Assembly (NCBI GenBank): GCA_002633005.1
Contig: NMRA01000271.1
Location: 265,588 to 329,587 of the forward strand
Direction of reading: 5' to 3'
DNA: 64,000 nucleotides
Origin: Phoronis australis
Taxonomy: Eukaryota; Animalia; Phoronida
Positions 1-13,200 of this stretch are shown in pieces. Made by a program: the position numbers and the translations under genes. Positions within the stretch are counted from its first letter, which is position 1. The number at the start of each line of letters is the position of its first letter. The notes under the pieces were generated by a model. It did no database searches. It was not told the origin of the DNA and saw nothing but the letters and a program-made list of their open reading frames with translations.

Positions 1-1017
1 AAAATTACGTAATCTTTTTATAAAAATTAAGCGCTAGTCACTTATGTTTAAAATTAGTACATGGTGAACGCCACTTTGGAACTGTTTCACAAATGCACCG
101 TCCATGGGCCAATTTTTGCCACTGATAGACACAGAAATTTTCAGTACTAATGCGTTCCACACGTCGAAGACTCCTAAATCACATTCCGTATAAAGCTCTG
201 ATGTTTTCAGGCCGATGCCGTCCACTTCAGCGTGAAAATCAGACGACATGAATATTACCGTTCCGAAGAGATCGAGATAATAGATTTGACAAGTCATGAT
301 CACCAATCTGTGTCACTGGAGAACTACTGTAGTCTAATAAAAGCATACGCACTACAGTTGCCTCGTCGTTTTAAGATTTAAAAACCCTGGCTGCATGAGT
401 AGACATATTACATTTCCTGTCAACGCGGGACAGTTAGTAGCTTACATTTTCACCTGGTGGTCGTGCCGGCAACTAATACGGTAACCGATAGAGTTCCTCC
501 TCTTTCCGGTCTATGAATTGAATTTTTTCAACACAGTGTTCAATCTTATCGAACGGAGAGAAGGAGTCATGCGACAAATATCGTAACATTTATCTTAAGT
601 AAGTTTTGATTGTGGTCTCAGTAAATTAAATATCAGGTACAACGAGACGTTAGCCTCTGGTTACCAGGTATGGACGAGGAAAGGCAAATAAAATTTTCCT
701 TAATTTGTAAATTAACAAAAACTCAATAGAATTTCTCATGAAAAACTGCGCATACCAAGTTTTATCAGATTTTCTAAAAGTGTTATACACTAAAGTGCAT
801 AAGCGGATCGGTGTCCAAGAGACTCGATCCGGTACATATCCCCGTTTCCTACAGACAAGACACAAAAACGCCGTCAGCCTGCCGTTTATAGGCGGAGATT
901 TCCCGTGATTGTGCCCTCCTCAGATGTATAAAACCGTCTATCTGAGTGCCCTCTCACGATATCCTACGTCCGCCAATGAAGTGCTCGTAAACTGTGAGTG
1001 TGAACCAACGATGCACG

Positions 1018-1380
1018 AGGACGCAGTGTGGCCTGGTTGATAAGTGCCCGCTTTCTTTACTCGAGGTCGTGGGTTCGAGTCCCACCGACCAGGTCACACT
1101 GCTAAAGCCTTGAGCCAGGTTACTAACTCCTCAGCTCGGTTTTAACCATACATTTAATAAAGCATATAAAAATAGTTCCACTAGGCAGGTGATCAGTGCA
1201 ATGCCGGATGGACCCACATGCGAGGCCTGCGTACGTCTGGTACAACGTGTATCAGACCGATGCATACGCTGAAAAAATAAGAACTGGCCGGGGCAACCCT
1301 AACAAAGATGCCGTGGGCTCCCAATGGCAATCGGCACGGCTGTCCTGCCTGTACAGTACCACCGCAGATAAGGCTCAAAC
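1018..1380 (+). mobile_element. tRNA-derived SINE
   Basis: A-box-like TGGCCTGGTTGA, B box GGTTCGAGTCCC (1072), then a CCTTGAGC-AGG core-like segment. The 3' end is uncertain. Confidence 0.55.
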
Positions 1381-2114
1381 ATATGCAGAACTGATTGTAT
1401 GTGGCGTTTTAATCATTCTGTATTCCCAATTTACCCATCAACTAATGGCACTCCGGTTTAATGGGTGCATTGAAAAAAGCCACTGTGATCAATGTATTCT
1501 CTCTTTCCCTTGGTAGTAGACTAAAGCATTTCAAAGAATCAAGCAAGGGTAATTATCGGTATTGAACAAGGTCACTGAGATTGAGCCACCAAAACCGACA
1601 TAATAAAATTCTGAATAGCGTGGATATTATCTGTTCACTATCGCGAATGACAAAATGAAATGTAACAGAAATAGCGTGGATATAATATCTGTTTACCATC
1701 GCAAGCGAAGTGCTCCTTGAGGATGACGTATTGAACTTCATCGAAACGTTGGACTCGTGTACATACGTAAATACAGAATGTCAAAAAGAATTGTGCTGGG
1801 ATTTCTGCTACGTATTTGGTCCAATACCTACATGGTCAATAGATGAAAGGTGGTTAGATACGAGCCCACTAGACTCCGTCGGTTGATTTTTTCGTTGCAA
1901 CATCCATTAGATCGCTAATCTCTATTCCCACGTGACCGTAGTGCAAAAATCATTTGGAGATGCGTTCATCGTTAATTAGTTTTGGAAGGTCTTGAAACGA
2001 TGTTGAACTTAATGTATTTCTAGTTTTGGTGTGTCGACTGAAGGCTCGTTTTTTGGTGAGCTGTTTTCATATACCACTAAAATCCTGACGTTCTCAAGAC
2101 AAACAGTCGATCGC

Positions 2115-2489
2115 ATGGCAGCTCAGTACTTCTTCTATACATTTTTTGTTCTTGGCGTCGTGATATTCGCAGATGCGTGTTTCAAGTTTCACCATGAAAA
2201 CATTGGATTTCAAGACCCATGCATAAACGAAACGACTGGAAAGCCAAGTTGCGATCAGAGTTTACATTTTTATTGTGACAGAAGCCTTGATGGTAAGAGT
2301 CACCGGTGTTTGTGTTACGAATGTCAAGATTACGGCGATTATATCCTCAGCAAGCCTGTGTGTGCCTCTAACAACAAGTACTACCACAGCGAATGTCTCA
2401 TGATGAAGGACGCGTGTGAAACTAACGTGGAAATTAAAAAGTTGCGCTATGTTGAGAAAGGCAACTCAGCGGCTTGTAAACATTTGTGA
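2115..2489 (+). CDS. Small secreted follistatin-like/Kazal-domain protein (124 aa, single coding exon)
   Basis: ATG at 2115 is followed by a hydrophobic signal-like stretch (YFFYTFFVLGVVIFADA). Then a Cys-rich module PC...SC...YC...CLC..C, and a Kazal signature PVCASNNKYYHSECLMMKDAC...C. AATAAA near 2929 and 2966. Confidence 0.8.
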   Translation: MAAQYFFYTFFVLGVVIFADACFKFHHENIGFQDPCINETTGKPSCDQSLHFYCDRSLDGKSHRCLCYECQDYGDYILSKPVCASNNKYYHSECLMMKDACETNVEIKKLRYVEKGNSAACKHL

Positions 2490-3519
2490 AACGTTTTTTC
2501 GTACCAAACTTATCGCATAATCTCAGTGTTGCCACTACACATATCGGTTAAAATGAGCCAGGAATCAGGGCGCAGGCAGGAATGTGAAAACACGACAGTC
2601 CGCCCTCTTTCTCCGTCTTTCGCCCTCAGATAATGGTTGCGATGGCATGCGCTTAGAGCTAGCTCTTGGCCCGGTTGCATGAACGCCAGAGACATTTGTA
2701 ACATTTTCGATCCGCTTATAGCGCCACGACACACGCAAAGATAGGACGCCGAACTCGGGCTTCACACCACAGATGCACCAGCTGTGTGCAGCCTGAACTG
2801 TTGTCTTCAGTATGAAGCTTCAATTGCCCGAACGTACACTTGGAATCGTTACATGAGGACTGTTCATTCCGTGCCCCGGAGGAATACGTAAAATGATGGC
2901 TGTCCACTTGTGTTGACGTTTACAGGTGAATAAACTGTAACTAACTAACTGGTGGTGAAAGCAAAATAAATTATTAAGTCCAGCTCTTACCGATTACGGG
3001 ATGTTTTTAGAAGTGTCCAGCGTCAGGAGAAACGTGCTTTGAGAACAGTCAACAAATCTGAAAACAGTCGAAATCCAGCCCGGCGTCTTCCAAACGGAAA
3101 TGACAATGTACATGTACAAACTAGGACACTAAAACTTCATGCTTCAACGGGCGAGATCTTGATTAAAAAAAAATATATATTTTCACGACCTTTCAGTAGC
3201 AAAAATGTTTCAAAAACAGTGAAAACCAGAAGTTTCTCAGTCTTCACTGTAAAAATGACACCTTTGAAACGGGACTTTTTCAAGTATTTAATCAGCCAAA
3301 AACAAAAAAATGAATTGAGCAATAACCCCCCTCCATGATTATAAAAAGCAAGCCTTTCGGTTAAAAACACTTTCGCTTATTAAAGTATTTCATGTTTTTT
3401 ATTACCAAATGATAAAAGCTTAAATTTAAGCACGAATGAATAGCAACCAAAGGAGTGAGATGGCATCTAAAAGTACTATTCAGTAGAAGTGCTGAGCTAC
3501 ATGCATCAACTCCTTTACA

Positions 3520-5356
3520 AACAAGAGCAAGAACGCGAAGCGTTGAAATGCGCCCACGAATTCATCGCAAATGGTGTGCTTCTGGAGGTGTTCATTTCGA
3601 TCATTAAAATGGCTACTAGATGGCGCAAAATACGTCGAATCCATCAGAAAACTGGTACGTGTCAACAAAGCTATTTACCAAATTTCATAGAAATCCTTCA
3701 AGTAACTTCAGAGAAACCGAGAAAAACGAAATTGCCACTAGGAGGCTACGGGCGCAAAGAACACAACTGCCACTAGGAGGTGCCAGGTACCACAGCAAGA
3801 ACGTATATGCCAACTTATAAGATCATCCTTAGAGCGGTTTGGTTGATGGAAGGGTGGACACCAAAATACAAGACTGGAAAACATTAAGAATGGCCACTAG
3901 GTGGTACAAAGCACCTTGAATCCACCCGAAAACGAGAGGATAGCATCTCACCAATAAATGCCTAACTGCCAAATTTTATGAAAATCCGTTGACGGCCTCC
4001 GAAGATACAGAGGTAAGCATAACAAGAGCAACGCGGAGCAATGAAATGCGCCCACGAATGCATTGCAAATGGTGTGCTCAAGTTTTAGGGTTATTTATTT
4101 GTATCGTAAAAATGGCCACTAGATGGCGCAAAAACATACAATCCATTCAAAAACAGGAACATGCCATATTTCATAAAAATCTGTCAAGGAACTTCAGAGA
4201 AGCAAAGGAAAACAGAATAAAATGAAATTGCCACTAGTGGGCAGTGTCCGTTAGATCCTCCTGAAAGTCGTCGTCTGTTGATATCTTCATATACACTTAC
4301 TAAATTTGGTAAAGATCCTGCAGTGGGTTTAGGAGATACAACTATGGGCGCGAAACAAAACTACCACTAGGAAGCGCCACAGTAGTCAGTTACCATCATC
4401 AAAGGTCATCCTCACACTGAGAACATATATGCCAATTTTAAAATGATTTGGTTGATACAGGGGTGGACACCAAAAACAAGATTTGANTGGCCACTAGGTG
4501 GTACAAAGCACCTTGAATCCACCCGAAAACGAGAGGATAGCATGCCTAACTGCCAAATTTTATGAAAATCCGTTGACGGCCTCCGAAGATACAAAGGTAA
4601 GCATAACAAGAGCAACGCGGAGCATTGAAATGCGCCCACGAATGCATTGCAAATGGTGTGCTCAAGTTTTAGCGTTATTTATTTGTATCGTAAAAATGGC
4701 CACTAGATGGCGCAAAAACATACAATCCATTCAAAAACAGGAACATGCCATATTTCATAAAAATCTGTCAAGGAACTTCAGAGAAGCAAAGGAAAACAGA
4801 ATAAAATGAAATTGCCACTAGTGGGCAGTGTCCGTTAGATCCTCCTGAAAGTCGTCGTCTGTTGATATCTTCATATACACTTACTAAATTTGGTAAAGAT
4901 CCTGCAAAACTACCACTAGGAAGCGCCACAGTAGTCAGTTACCATCATCAAAGGTCATCCTCACACTGAGAACATATATGCTAATTTTAAAATGATTTGG
5001 TTGATACAGGGGTGGACACCAAAAACAAGATTTGAAAACAGCAAAAAATGGCCACTAGGTGGTGCAAAATACCTCGATTTCATTCAAAAACAGGAAGATA
5101 GCATCATCACACCAATAGATGCCTATATTTAAAATTTTATGGAAATCTGTTGAGGACCTTTGAAGATACTGAGTTAAACGTAAAAAAACTAAAATTGCCA
5201 CTAGGGGGCACACCAGTAGTCAGAGAGGTCCAAAATTCGTCACCATCCATCTTCAGCTTCATGGTAAAACATCTGCCAGCTGCGGACGCCGGATGCCCAC
5301 ACAGACAGAGATGACCGCAATAAGTGACCACATATAAATATGTGGGCGCATAATAA
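3520..5356 (-). mobile_element. Helentron-associated non-autonomous (HINE/DINE-like) element(s), nested/tandem
   Basis: AACAAGAG end; subterminal inverted repeat ATGCGCCCAC (3548) / GTGGGCGCAT (5342); terminal hairpin CCACATA-TAAA-TATGTGG (5328-5345); CAGA/CGGA microsatellite-like stretch; internal repeated units; a second start at 4021. Related decayed copies at ~37500-37830, ~42565-43320, ~52760-53020. Confidence 0.6.
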
Positions 5357-5382
5357 AACACAATTTACTTTCATAGATTTCA

Positions 5383-5388
5383 TTTATT
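5383..5388 (-). terminator. Probable poly(A) signal of GIGYF (3' UTR ~1.7 kb)
   Basis: AATAAA on the minus strand at the end of unique UTR-like sequence, just before the Helentron-like repeat. Confidence 0.5.
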
Positions 5389-7099
5389 TTTCAGTTTTTA
5401 ACAATTTGACATTTTGTACAGACAGAGTGCTAATAATGTAACATGCCTGTAGGTATTCTCACAACAGGTGCCTATAACACATGGGTGTATCCCACAAACA
5501 GGCTGAATCCTGACCTTAACAAACAGGAAACATGGGTCCCACAACTGGAGACAGGAGAGAGAACTGCACAATGAACAATGCCACATTTCAAATTTCAATC
5601 CTAACTCAGAATTCAGCCACAAGACATAAACATTAAGTAGGCAGTAGAACCACCGTTTTCCACAGTAGTTAATATCTAGAAGTGTCCTCTAGGTGTCGCT
5701 CGCTCCTTAGATATAAGGCCATTATCAGACCCTTCAACAAACTGGTACAAATCCTCGCAAACCGAGTTGGCAACATTTCAGAGCCAATTTACCCTTAAGT
5801 CCTCATGAGCTGAGACAAGCTCAATCTTTCTCGACACAAGAACACATAACACGGTATGGCTTCATAAGACACAAACGTCAGAAAAAATGCTTACAAATTC
5901 ACCCTTCACATGCACACACAACCAGCACCAGGCACACTCGCTAAAATGCATTTTGATTTCACAACAAAATTCTTTTGACCGACTCTTCGTCTCAATCATA
6001 CAGGTATAATCTCAATCACCATGGTCATCTCAGCATTTAACTGTAAATTATTGCTCATGATAGCCTCATTAACAAACACAAACCATTGAAAAATTCCAAG
6101 AGTAATTTCTTCAGTGTGACTTAAACCAGCAAATTTAACAGGCTTTCTCTCTCTCTCTCTTTCTCAAGTCACCAAATATGTACCAAGACAACCAAAGGAG
6201 ACCGTATTATACAAGTGACACCCTACTATTCACTAGGGTCTGCTAATGACTAAAGGCCCCTCATTTTATCATGAGAATAGACTGACTACAAAAACCTCTC
6301 CATCAGCAAGTGGTAAATCGAGAGGCAACGGTAGCCCGTAACTCGAATGCACAAATGCTATTCTACAGCTGTACTACAGTTCCACTAATGCCAACCAGCG
6401 AATTTTATGCAGCACTAACACAGAACGTAGGACAACAGACTACAAATTTTAAAAAAATCTGTTTCTATCAATATTTTTGCTCATTGAAACTATTGGTGTG
6501 TGGAAGGGGAGGACAAGCAGACCCACTGGTGATTACAGTTAAACTGATACGCAACACATATCATCGGGCAGAATGAACAAGTATGCAGTTTCGTTTTGGA
6601 TGGAATACAATGAAAAAAAAATAAAAAAGCACAATTCCAAAAACAAAATCCATATATTTCCGAGACACTTCAAAAAGCACTTCACGAAGTATTTGGCTGT
6701 TGTTCAATAGAGAATTTAAGCACAAGATGCATGAAAGAACTAAAAATTTTGTCTTGGTGAAATGCGAAACTTGAATCTACGCGAATAGACCTGAGAAAGA
6801 GCACTCGACATAACACAAACATGGCACAAGGTTGGGCACTGTTGGAGTATAGCAACGGAGAACTGTGCATTACACTGGCACTGTAACAAAGCTAAGTTGT
6901 CAGCTATATCAGCGAAAATGGAATAATAATGTTCGACAACAGATCACTTTCACACAACACACTGAAATATGCCTGTTCACACCGCCCCCAGAAATCCGTT
7001 GTATGACGAAGTTTCCCTACGATGACCGTTCGTAGACTAAGGAAATGTTTCTCGCGTGAGACAGCAGACGAGAAGAGTTTGCCGAGTTGCTTGACACGT

Positions 7100-7279
7100 C
7101 TATTCGAGTGCCTCGATTTCCCCTACATTCTTTCGATTAGAATCTGCCTGCACGGAGAAGCCAAGGACGGCGGCGCCATCGATTCGCTGCATTTTCTTCT
7201 TCTTCTTGTTTCTTGATGACTTCTGCGCCTCGCTCCACTCTGTAGGGTTCACCTTCACTGCACCAGTCATGCTGTCAAA
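7100..7279 (-). CDS. GIGYF2: GIGYF last coding exon (…KKKKKMQRIDGAAVLGFSVQADSNRKNVGEIEALE*)
   Basis: Conserved GIGYF C-terminus; polypyrimidine tract + CAG acceptor; TAG stop at 7100-7102. Confidence 0.93.
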   Translation of the reverse strand, partial: FDSMTGAVKVNPTEWSEAQKSSRNKKKKKMQRIDGAAVLGFSVQADSNRKNVGEIEALE

Positions 7280-10200
7280 CTGAAAGAAAACAGGTGCTCA
7301 AATGACCAATCAAATTGACAATTAAATGAGACAAATACTGTCCGCCAAAAAGGGACTTGCAAATCAAATTACTCACTGAGTACATTTCCAATGGTAATGA
7401 TCCTTTCGGTGGTCCCTCTTTTCGAGTGTCAGTTTCATCCACTGACCTACAGGCATGCTTCAGAATACATTATAACATAAGCTCTCCGTTTCCAAGTAAT
7501 AGTTACTTACAGACATCCACCCTTTTGAGAACCAGGTTTCTCTACTCATTAACAGGCGTCAAGCTGGTTCTCAAAATGGGGGTTCCCTGCAACTGACTAT
7601 TACCCTGCCTTTTCAAAAGATGTAATGCTTCATTATTCATCGATAGCCTAGTTCTCCAAAAAGGTTACTTTAACAACGGTTGTGAAGTTTTGGGTACAAG
7701 GATGACACGGAGGCACTTGAGGGACAAAACAAAGCTTCCTCAACACTGCACAACCGAAATGAGTGAGCACAACCAACTCTCAACCAAACACAAACATGCA
7801 CAGACTGGACTTAATTGTTCATATTTAAACGTAAAGTATCCAGATTCACCTCGATTGGCATTGATTCTCCTTTAAGAGAACACATTACGAGTAATCATAT
7901 GTAGTTTGGGAATAAAACGGACACGTAGCCACTAGAAACTTTACATCAACGATGACGTGAACATAAGATTTCTGACGCTAATCTGGGACATCAATAATTA
8001 TGCATTATAAGCCATTCCCTTATTAATTAGCGTTTTGCAAGACTGTGGTTTGATCATGCCTGCAAGACCACATTGTTCATTTTGCAAGACTGTGGTTTGA
8101 TCATGCCTGCAAGACCACATTGTTCATTTTTAAGCTTGACCTTAAAGAGAAGAAACTAGATACTTTACATCAAAACCTTTACGAAACGTCAAATAGACCC
8201 ATTTCCACTACTTGGTGATTTCGACGATGACTAACCAGGCATACACCCACTAAATTCCATTTACTTGTCTCCCATTCCCATTTTTCATTGGTAAATTTCA
8301 CATTGTCTACAAAATCAATATCGTACAGCCGACTTTGAAATCCTTATTGAGGTTCATTATGTAAACTCAGTGTCTTGAGCTGGTTTCATGACAATACACG
8401 TTTCATAGAATAAGGCTGTCGGGTGTAGTTTTGCCACACGAATATCCGAAAACTGTAATGAAAATTACGTATACGTACAACCTAAACAAGTAATCCTGGC
8501 TGCGCCTGCAGCCTATAAGTCCCACCTTAGTTAAACTGGACGACACAAAAACTGACCTTGTGTTAATCCACGCTTACAATCAATAAGCATTCGTTGGTCT
8601 CCAAATATGGCCAACAGGAGGCCAGCCCTACAGTATAAAGACGAAAACTACAGTGTTCTCCCAACAAAAGCAGACTGTTTGACACTTGAAACGCGCACTT
8701 CCAGATTGAGAATTTTGACCAAGCAGTAATTCCAACAAGAAATCCTCAAGTCCGAGTACAAAGCAAGTGTCAGACAACTTTTAGTGGTTTTCTGGATAGG
8801 TTGAAGCAGACAAAAGCAATTATCTTCAAACAAATCGTAACTTTTCACCATTTACCACTAGAAGTGCTATGCAAAGTAAATAAAAGATACTTTTATTAAT
8901 TTTTATGCGTAAAATTTGAACTAAGAATTCTGACGCAGGTCATATCAGCCAACCAGCATCGTCATGCCGTGACACTGTTTGTTTATGAAAATGATTTGAT
9001 GAAATTTACAGCGATGAAAGCATTGGAATTTGTAGCCCAAAGAGAAAATTTTGGTGTTTACAAACAGAATTACATCTTTTTATTTCTCCCTATACTGACA
9101 AGGAAGGAAATTGGGCAACAGTGCAAACCCAAGGACTACTTTTATTAACAGTTGTGCTGTGAATTGTGAATTCATACGCTCATGCCATGGTAAATTATTT
9201 TCACTGTGTAGACACAAAACTCCAGAAACTATTGTCCATTCTGCAAACAAACTTGAAAACTGCTTGATGTGCCGAATATAGTCAATCACATTGACAGTTG
9301 CTTTAGACTTGGGATTTCCTTCAGGTTGAAATTCACCGTTTTTCAGATCGAAATTCTCAATCCATCGATTGTCATGTCCAGTGTTTAACAGGCAACAGGC
9401 AGTCCACTATCCTAACGTGGTCAACATAGGTCAAAATGACCAATTAACATCAGGTTTGGACACGGAATAGAGTCAGATTAAAAGATTGATTAACTCCAGT
9501 GCCAACTGCCACATGAGTCGGGATACTGGAAAACATGCTACTGACTGCCAGCTAGAACAGTACGCGCGTGCTAAGTGTAATGGGGAGAAGGAGAGATAGT
9601 CAACTAGAGTTGTTAAATGTAGTCGGTTGTAGCGGAAAGTTTCAGGTCTGGCGTCGTTTTGTTTTAAGAATAACATTACGTTTCTGTGCAACGAAATGGG
9701 AGAAAATCGTTGCCGCTACAACTACAACAAGCTGCGAGTTAGAAATGTTTTTTGAAGAGTGGAAATACAAAAATAGTGGACGATGGAGAGAATCTTACAG
9801 CTTTGAGGATGATCAACATAGTGATACGGTGCCAGAGAATGTGGGATAATCGCTGTAGTCATTCAAAGTGCGTCATTAGTAGTTGCCTTAAAAGCATAAA
9901 ACACCCCGCGTGATCAGCCCCAGGAGAACAGTGCAGTTTTCAGGCAGACAAAAGGCACCCGTCCTTCTCATAAGAAAGAACTGTTTCGGTCTGCATGAGT
10001 GAAAACATTTTCGGGTTGTAAAATCCATGGGGGTCTAACAGCCGTGTACAGCTGACCTCCTTCGACACAAACCGGCAGAACCATTGCGGACGAGTTCGAA
10101 ACCAGTTGCCCGGCTGGTAAACAGCCGCGGGTAATTACTGTAGTAGGCAAACGCATGCTTTAGGGCAGAATGGACGACAGAAATTAATGAGCATGCATAA

Positions 10201-13200
10201 TGGAAAAGTTAAGATTGTTGAGGGAGGACAGAAAGAAGGCGTTCTGCAAACTCGGACAGGTGAGACTTGTTACTGGAAGCAGGCCGACTGAAGAGGAGCG
10301 AAACAAAACAGGAAAGTCTTGTGCGAGAAATGTTTTCGTAACCTGTTCTCTCACAAACAACTTAACATAAAACGAATAACAAAAACCAACAGCGAGTACA
10401 TAAAAACATTATAACTAGAAAATACAGAGAAAGGACATTGGCATTCAATCGTAAACTTCATAGTTTGTAAATTCCTTCTCTCTCTACCATTTCCAAAATC
10501 ACAGAGCAAGTCGTTACGTTGCCATAAATCCTGCCAACTATTGACTTAGTGATAAATTCTAGAGAGCTTCCTCCCGAAAAATGAAAGCATGCCACGGAAC
10601 TTCTGTCCAAAAAAACCTTTGATAAAAATCAAGCCCAATTTGGAGTCCATTTCACAGTGATGCGCAACGGAATGGCGCAAATATTTTTTGCCACCTCGAG
10701 CGCGAGAAGACCAATAGTATGGCGGCCGACAGGCGGGTCTCGCATCCTCCAACAACCATTAAAGGATGTACAAACATGCGCAAAAACATCGTTTTCAGTG
10801 AAACGCCATACCTTGTTAACACGGTGCTTTCTGTTCAGGTGAATGCTCACCGAGAATTTTCTGGCAGAATAGCTCTATAGCTACCAGCACCCCAAAACAA
10901 TAGCCAGACTGGAGTTTTGCAAAAGGCCCACTCACCTCGTTATGGCTATGTTTGCCCTGTTGTTTGAAAGCACTTCGTTTGTCTATGAACTCTTTGGCAA
11001 AGTCCCGCGCCTGCTGCGTTTCGCCTAAATACGATCGCACGTAGTCCTGTACCTGAAAGGTAATTTGCGTCAATTTTAGTTCGCCGTCGCTGCAATGGGC
11101 AGTTCCCATGAGGCTCATTGACAATTATGGTGGGCTCTCGACCGAAAAGTTTTGAGGGCGGCGGCACCTGATTGATATGGTCAAAATAGAACGACACTTT
11201 ACGCGCACTGCCCAGTCGATTCACCTCCATAACTGGACACAAGCCGTGGCTGGGACGTAATTTGTGACAAACAAACATTCAATACAGGAGGAGTGGAACG
11301 ATTCTCATCTGCTCATGTGCCAGAAACTGGGATAAAGCAATGGGCCTGCACAATGGGCTAGAAAACCGTATATAAAAAATCTAGATCTTTCTTAGATATT
11401 GAGCAAATGTTTCACAGTTGCGAAAGAATTTTAATACCAATTCCAGGTAGACACAACCAGAAAGAGAGCAGTATTTTCTTATATTTTAGTGAGATTTTTA
11501 ACGCGATTTAAGAAAGAACCATTCAAGACACATTACCAGCAAACTATGCATTGCCAAGTTGAAGTCTTAACCTACACTAAGACACCAATTCACTTCCGAA
11601 AGATCATGAAGTTCTGAACATAAGATTTGTAAACAGTGAATCTCACGAATGAAGGAGCTTTGACTAGTCGGCTAATCGGCTAAACAGCATAGGTTGACAG
11701 AAAAGTGCTGTTTAATAAATAAACATCTTTTGAATAGGTTCCACGCATACTACATATGCTATATGGGAAGCCCTAACAAAGTTATCTTTTGGACCAAACA
11801 AGTTGATCCACATTTTGGAAAGAGTGCAGGTGGCCTGATGCCTTATTGCGGTACATCAGGCGCGTTTAGGCCACAAGGCTGAGACCATTACACTAGTCAC
11901 CTAATTATGACTCATGGGAACACGACCTTATCGGATTCCTCATGGGTAAAATCTTCCAATCCGCCTGTTTGTTTCAGAAAGACTATAAACCTGTATGAAC
12001 TAACAATGTTAACCAGGCAGGTTATGTGTCCATCAAGTAGTAGATTACGGTGTCTATTGTACGCAGGGCAAATCTATACCAGATGTTGAGGAGTCCCGGC
12101 CTCCAAGCAACAGTTGGGACAAAATGAACATGCCACGAGGCCTGTGATGTTACCATGCTGAGCTAGGTTGCAGTGTCCAGTAATAACCCGGATTAGCTGC
12201 CTTATAGCATTTTGGAAACTTGGGGTAAACTTTTCGATTACCAAACAAAGCTATACTTGATTACTGCACCATCTGTATCCCGGACATGTGTTCCGGAATT
12301 TTGGACAGCGTGTGTTGAAGTCAAAATTTTCACAGCATAACTACACTATTTTTGTTCTAAGTCATAAAACCAAGAAACTGATCACAATCTGTGAACAAAC
12401 GCCTACTCTTTCTAAAGGGATTATTTCCTTCTCATTAAAACGGTTCTCCTGCAAATGCATCTGAAAAAGAAATGCTGTTTGTCCATTCGACTCTTCCCGA
12501 TAATACAACCACTAAAACTCTTGATAATTAGAAACAGCAGGTATCCACAGGGGAGACAATGCAACAGCGACTCACTTCGGAGGGAGATTCCACATCTTGG
12601 AGGAACGCAATGAACGTGGGAACTGAAATGTAAGAAGGGTATTGCGAGTCATTCCAACGTTCGTACAAAAAAGAGCCGGCATTGTTGTGACAAATTGCGC
12701 AATAAATAGTAAAATCGTACGCTTCCGATGAAGCTGTGTCACAAACATAAAAATAATCCTGCTTCGCTTTGTCACGTAATTTTGATTAACAAAACATTTT
12801 GAGGTTATGTGGGACCTTAATGATAAGTGCATTTACCCAGAGACATACGGAACTATAGAAATTATGTCTGTAGAAGTCTTTATTTTCTGAAAGCTAAAGG
12901 AATGCAGACTCTGATTTCTAACTTTATACCGAGTTATTATTAATTGGGTCACGTGACCATTGTCTCTTTATTACAATTTAACAACAAACAAAGGTACATT
13001 CATAACGAAAGTTAAGAAGTATGATTAGGATGAAATCTCAAAAACGCTGCAACAGTTTACTAAAATACCACTTTGTTTTCGTTATATGCGCAACTTTTGT
13101 TTTCGGAAAAATTCTTGCACTAGAGCAACTTCATAAAATCAATTCCCAACGGAGTTTTGGAGAACAGTGTAAAAGGAATAGCATCTGAAAGTTCTACACA

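Noticed and set aside
34-306. 90-aa minus-strand ORF
   Set aside because: No recognisable motif, non-ATG start, no supporting splice structure.
2487-2633. TGA readthrough / selenoprotein extension of the Kazal ORF
   Set aside because: The frame stays open for ~47 codons, but the peptide is featureless and I found no convincing SECIS hairpin by eye.
3891-5035. CRISPR-like or satellite array
   Set aside because: Eukaryotic context; the units are long internal repeats of a Helentron-like element plus a haplotype duplicate, with no repeat-spacer structure.
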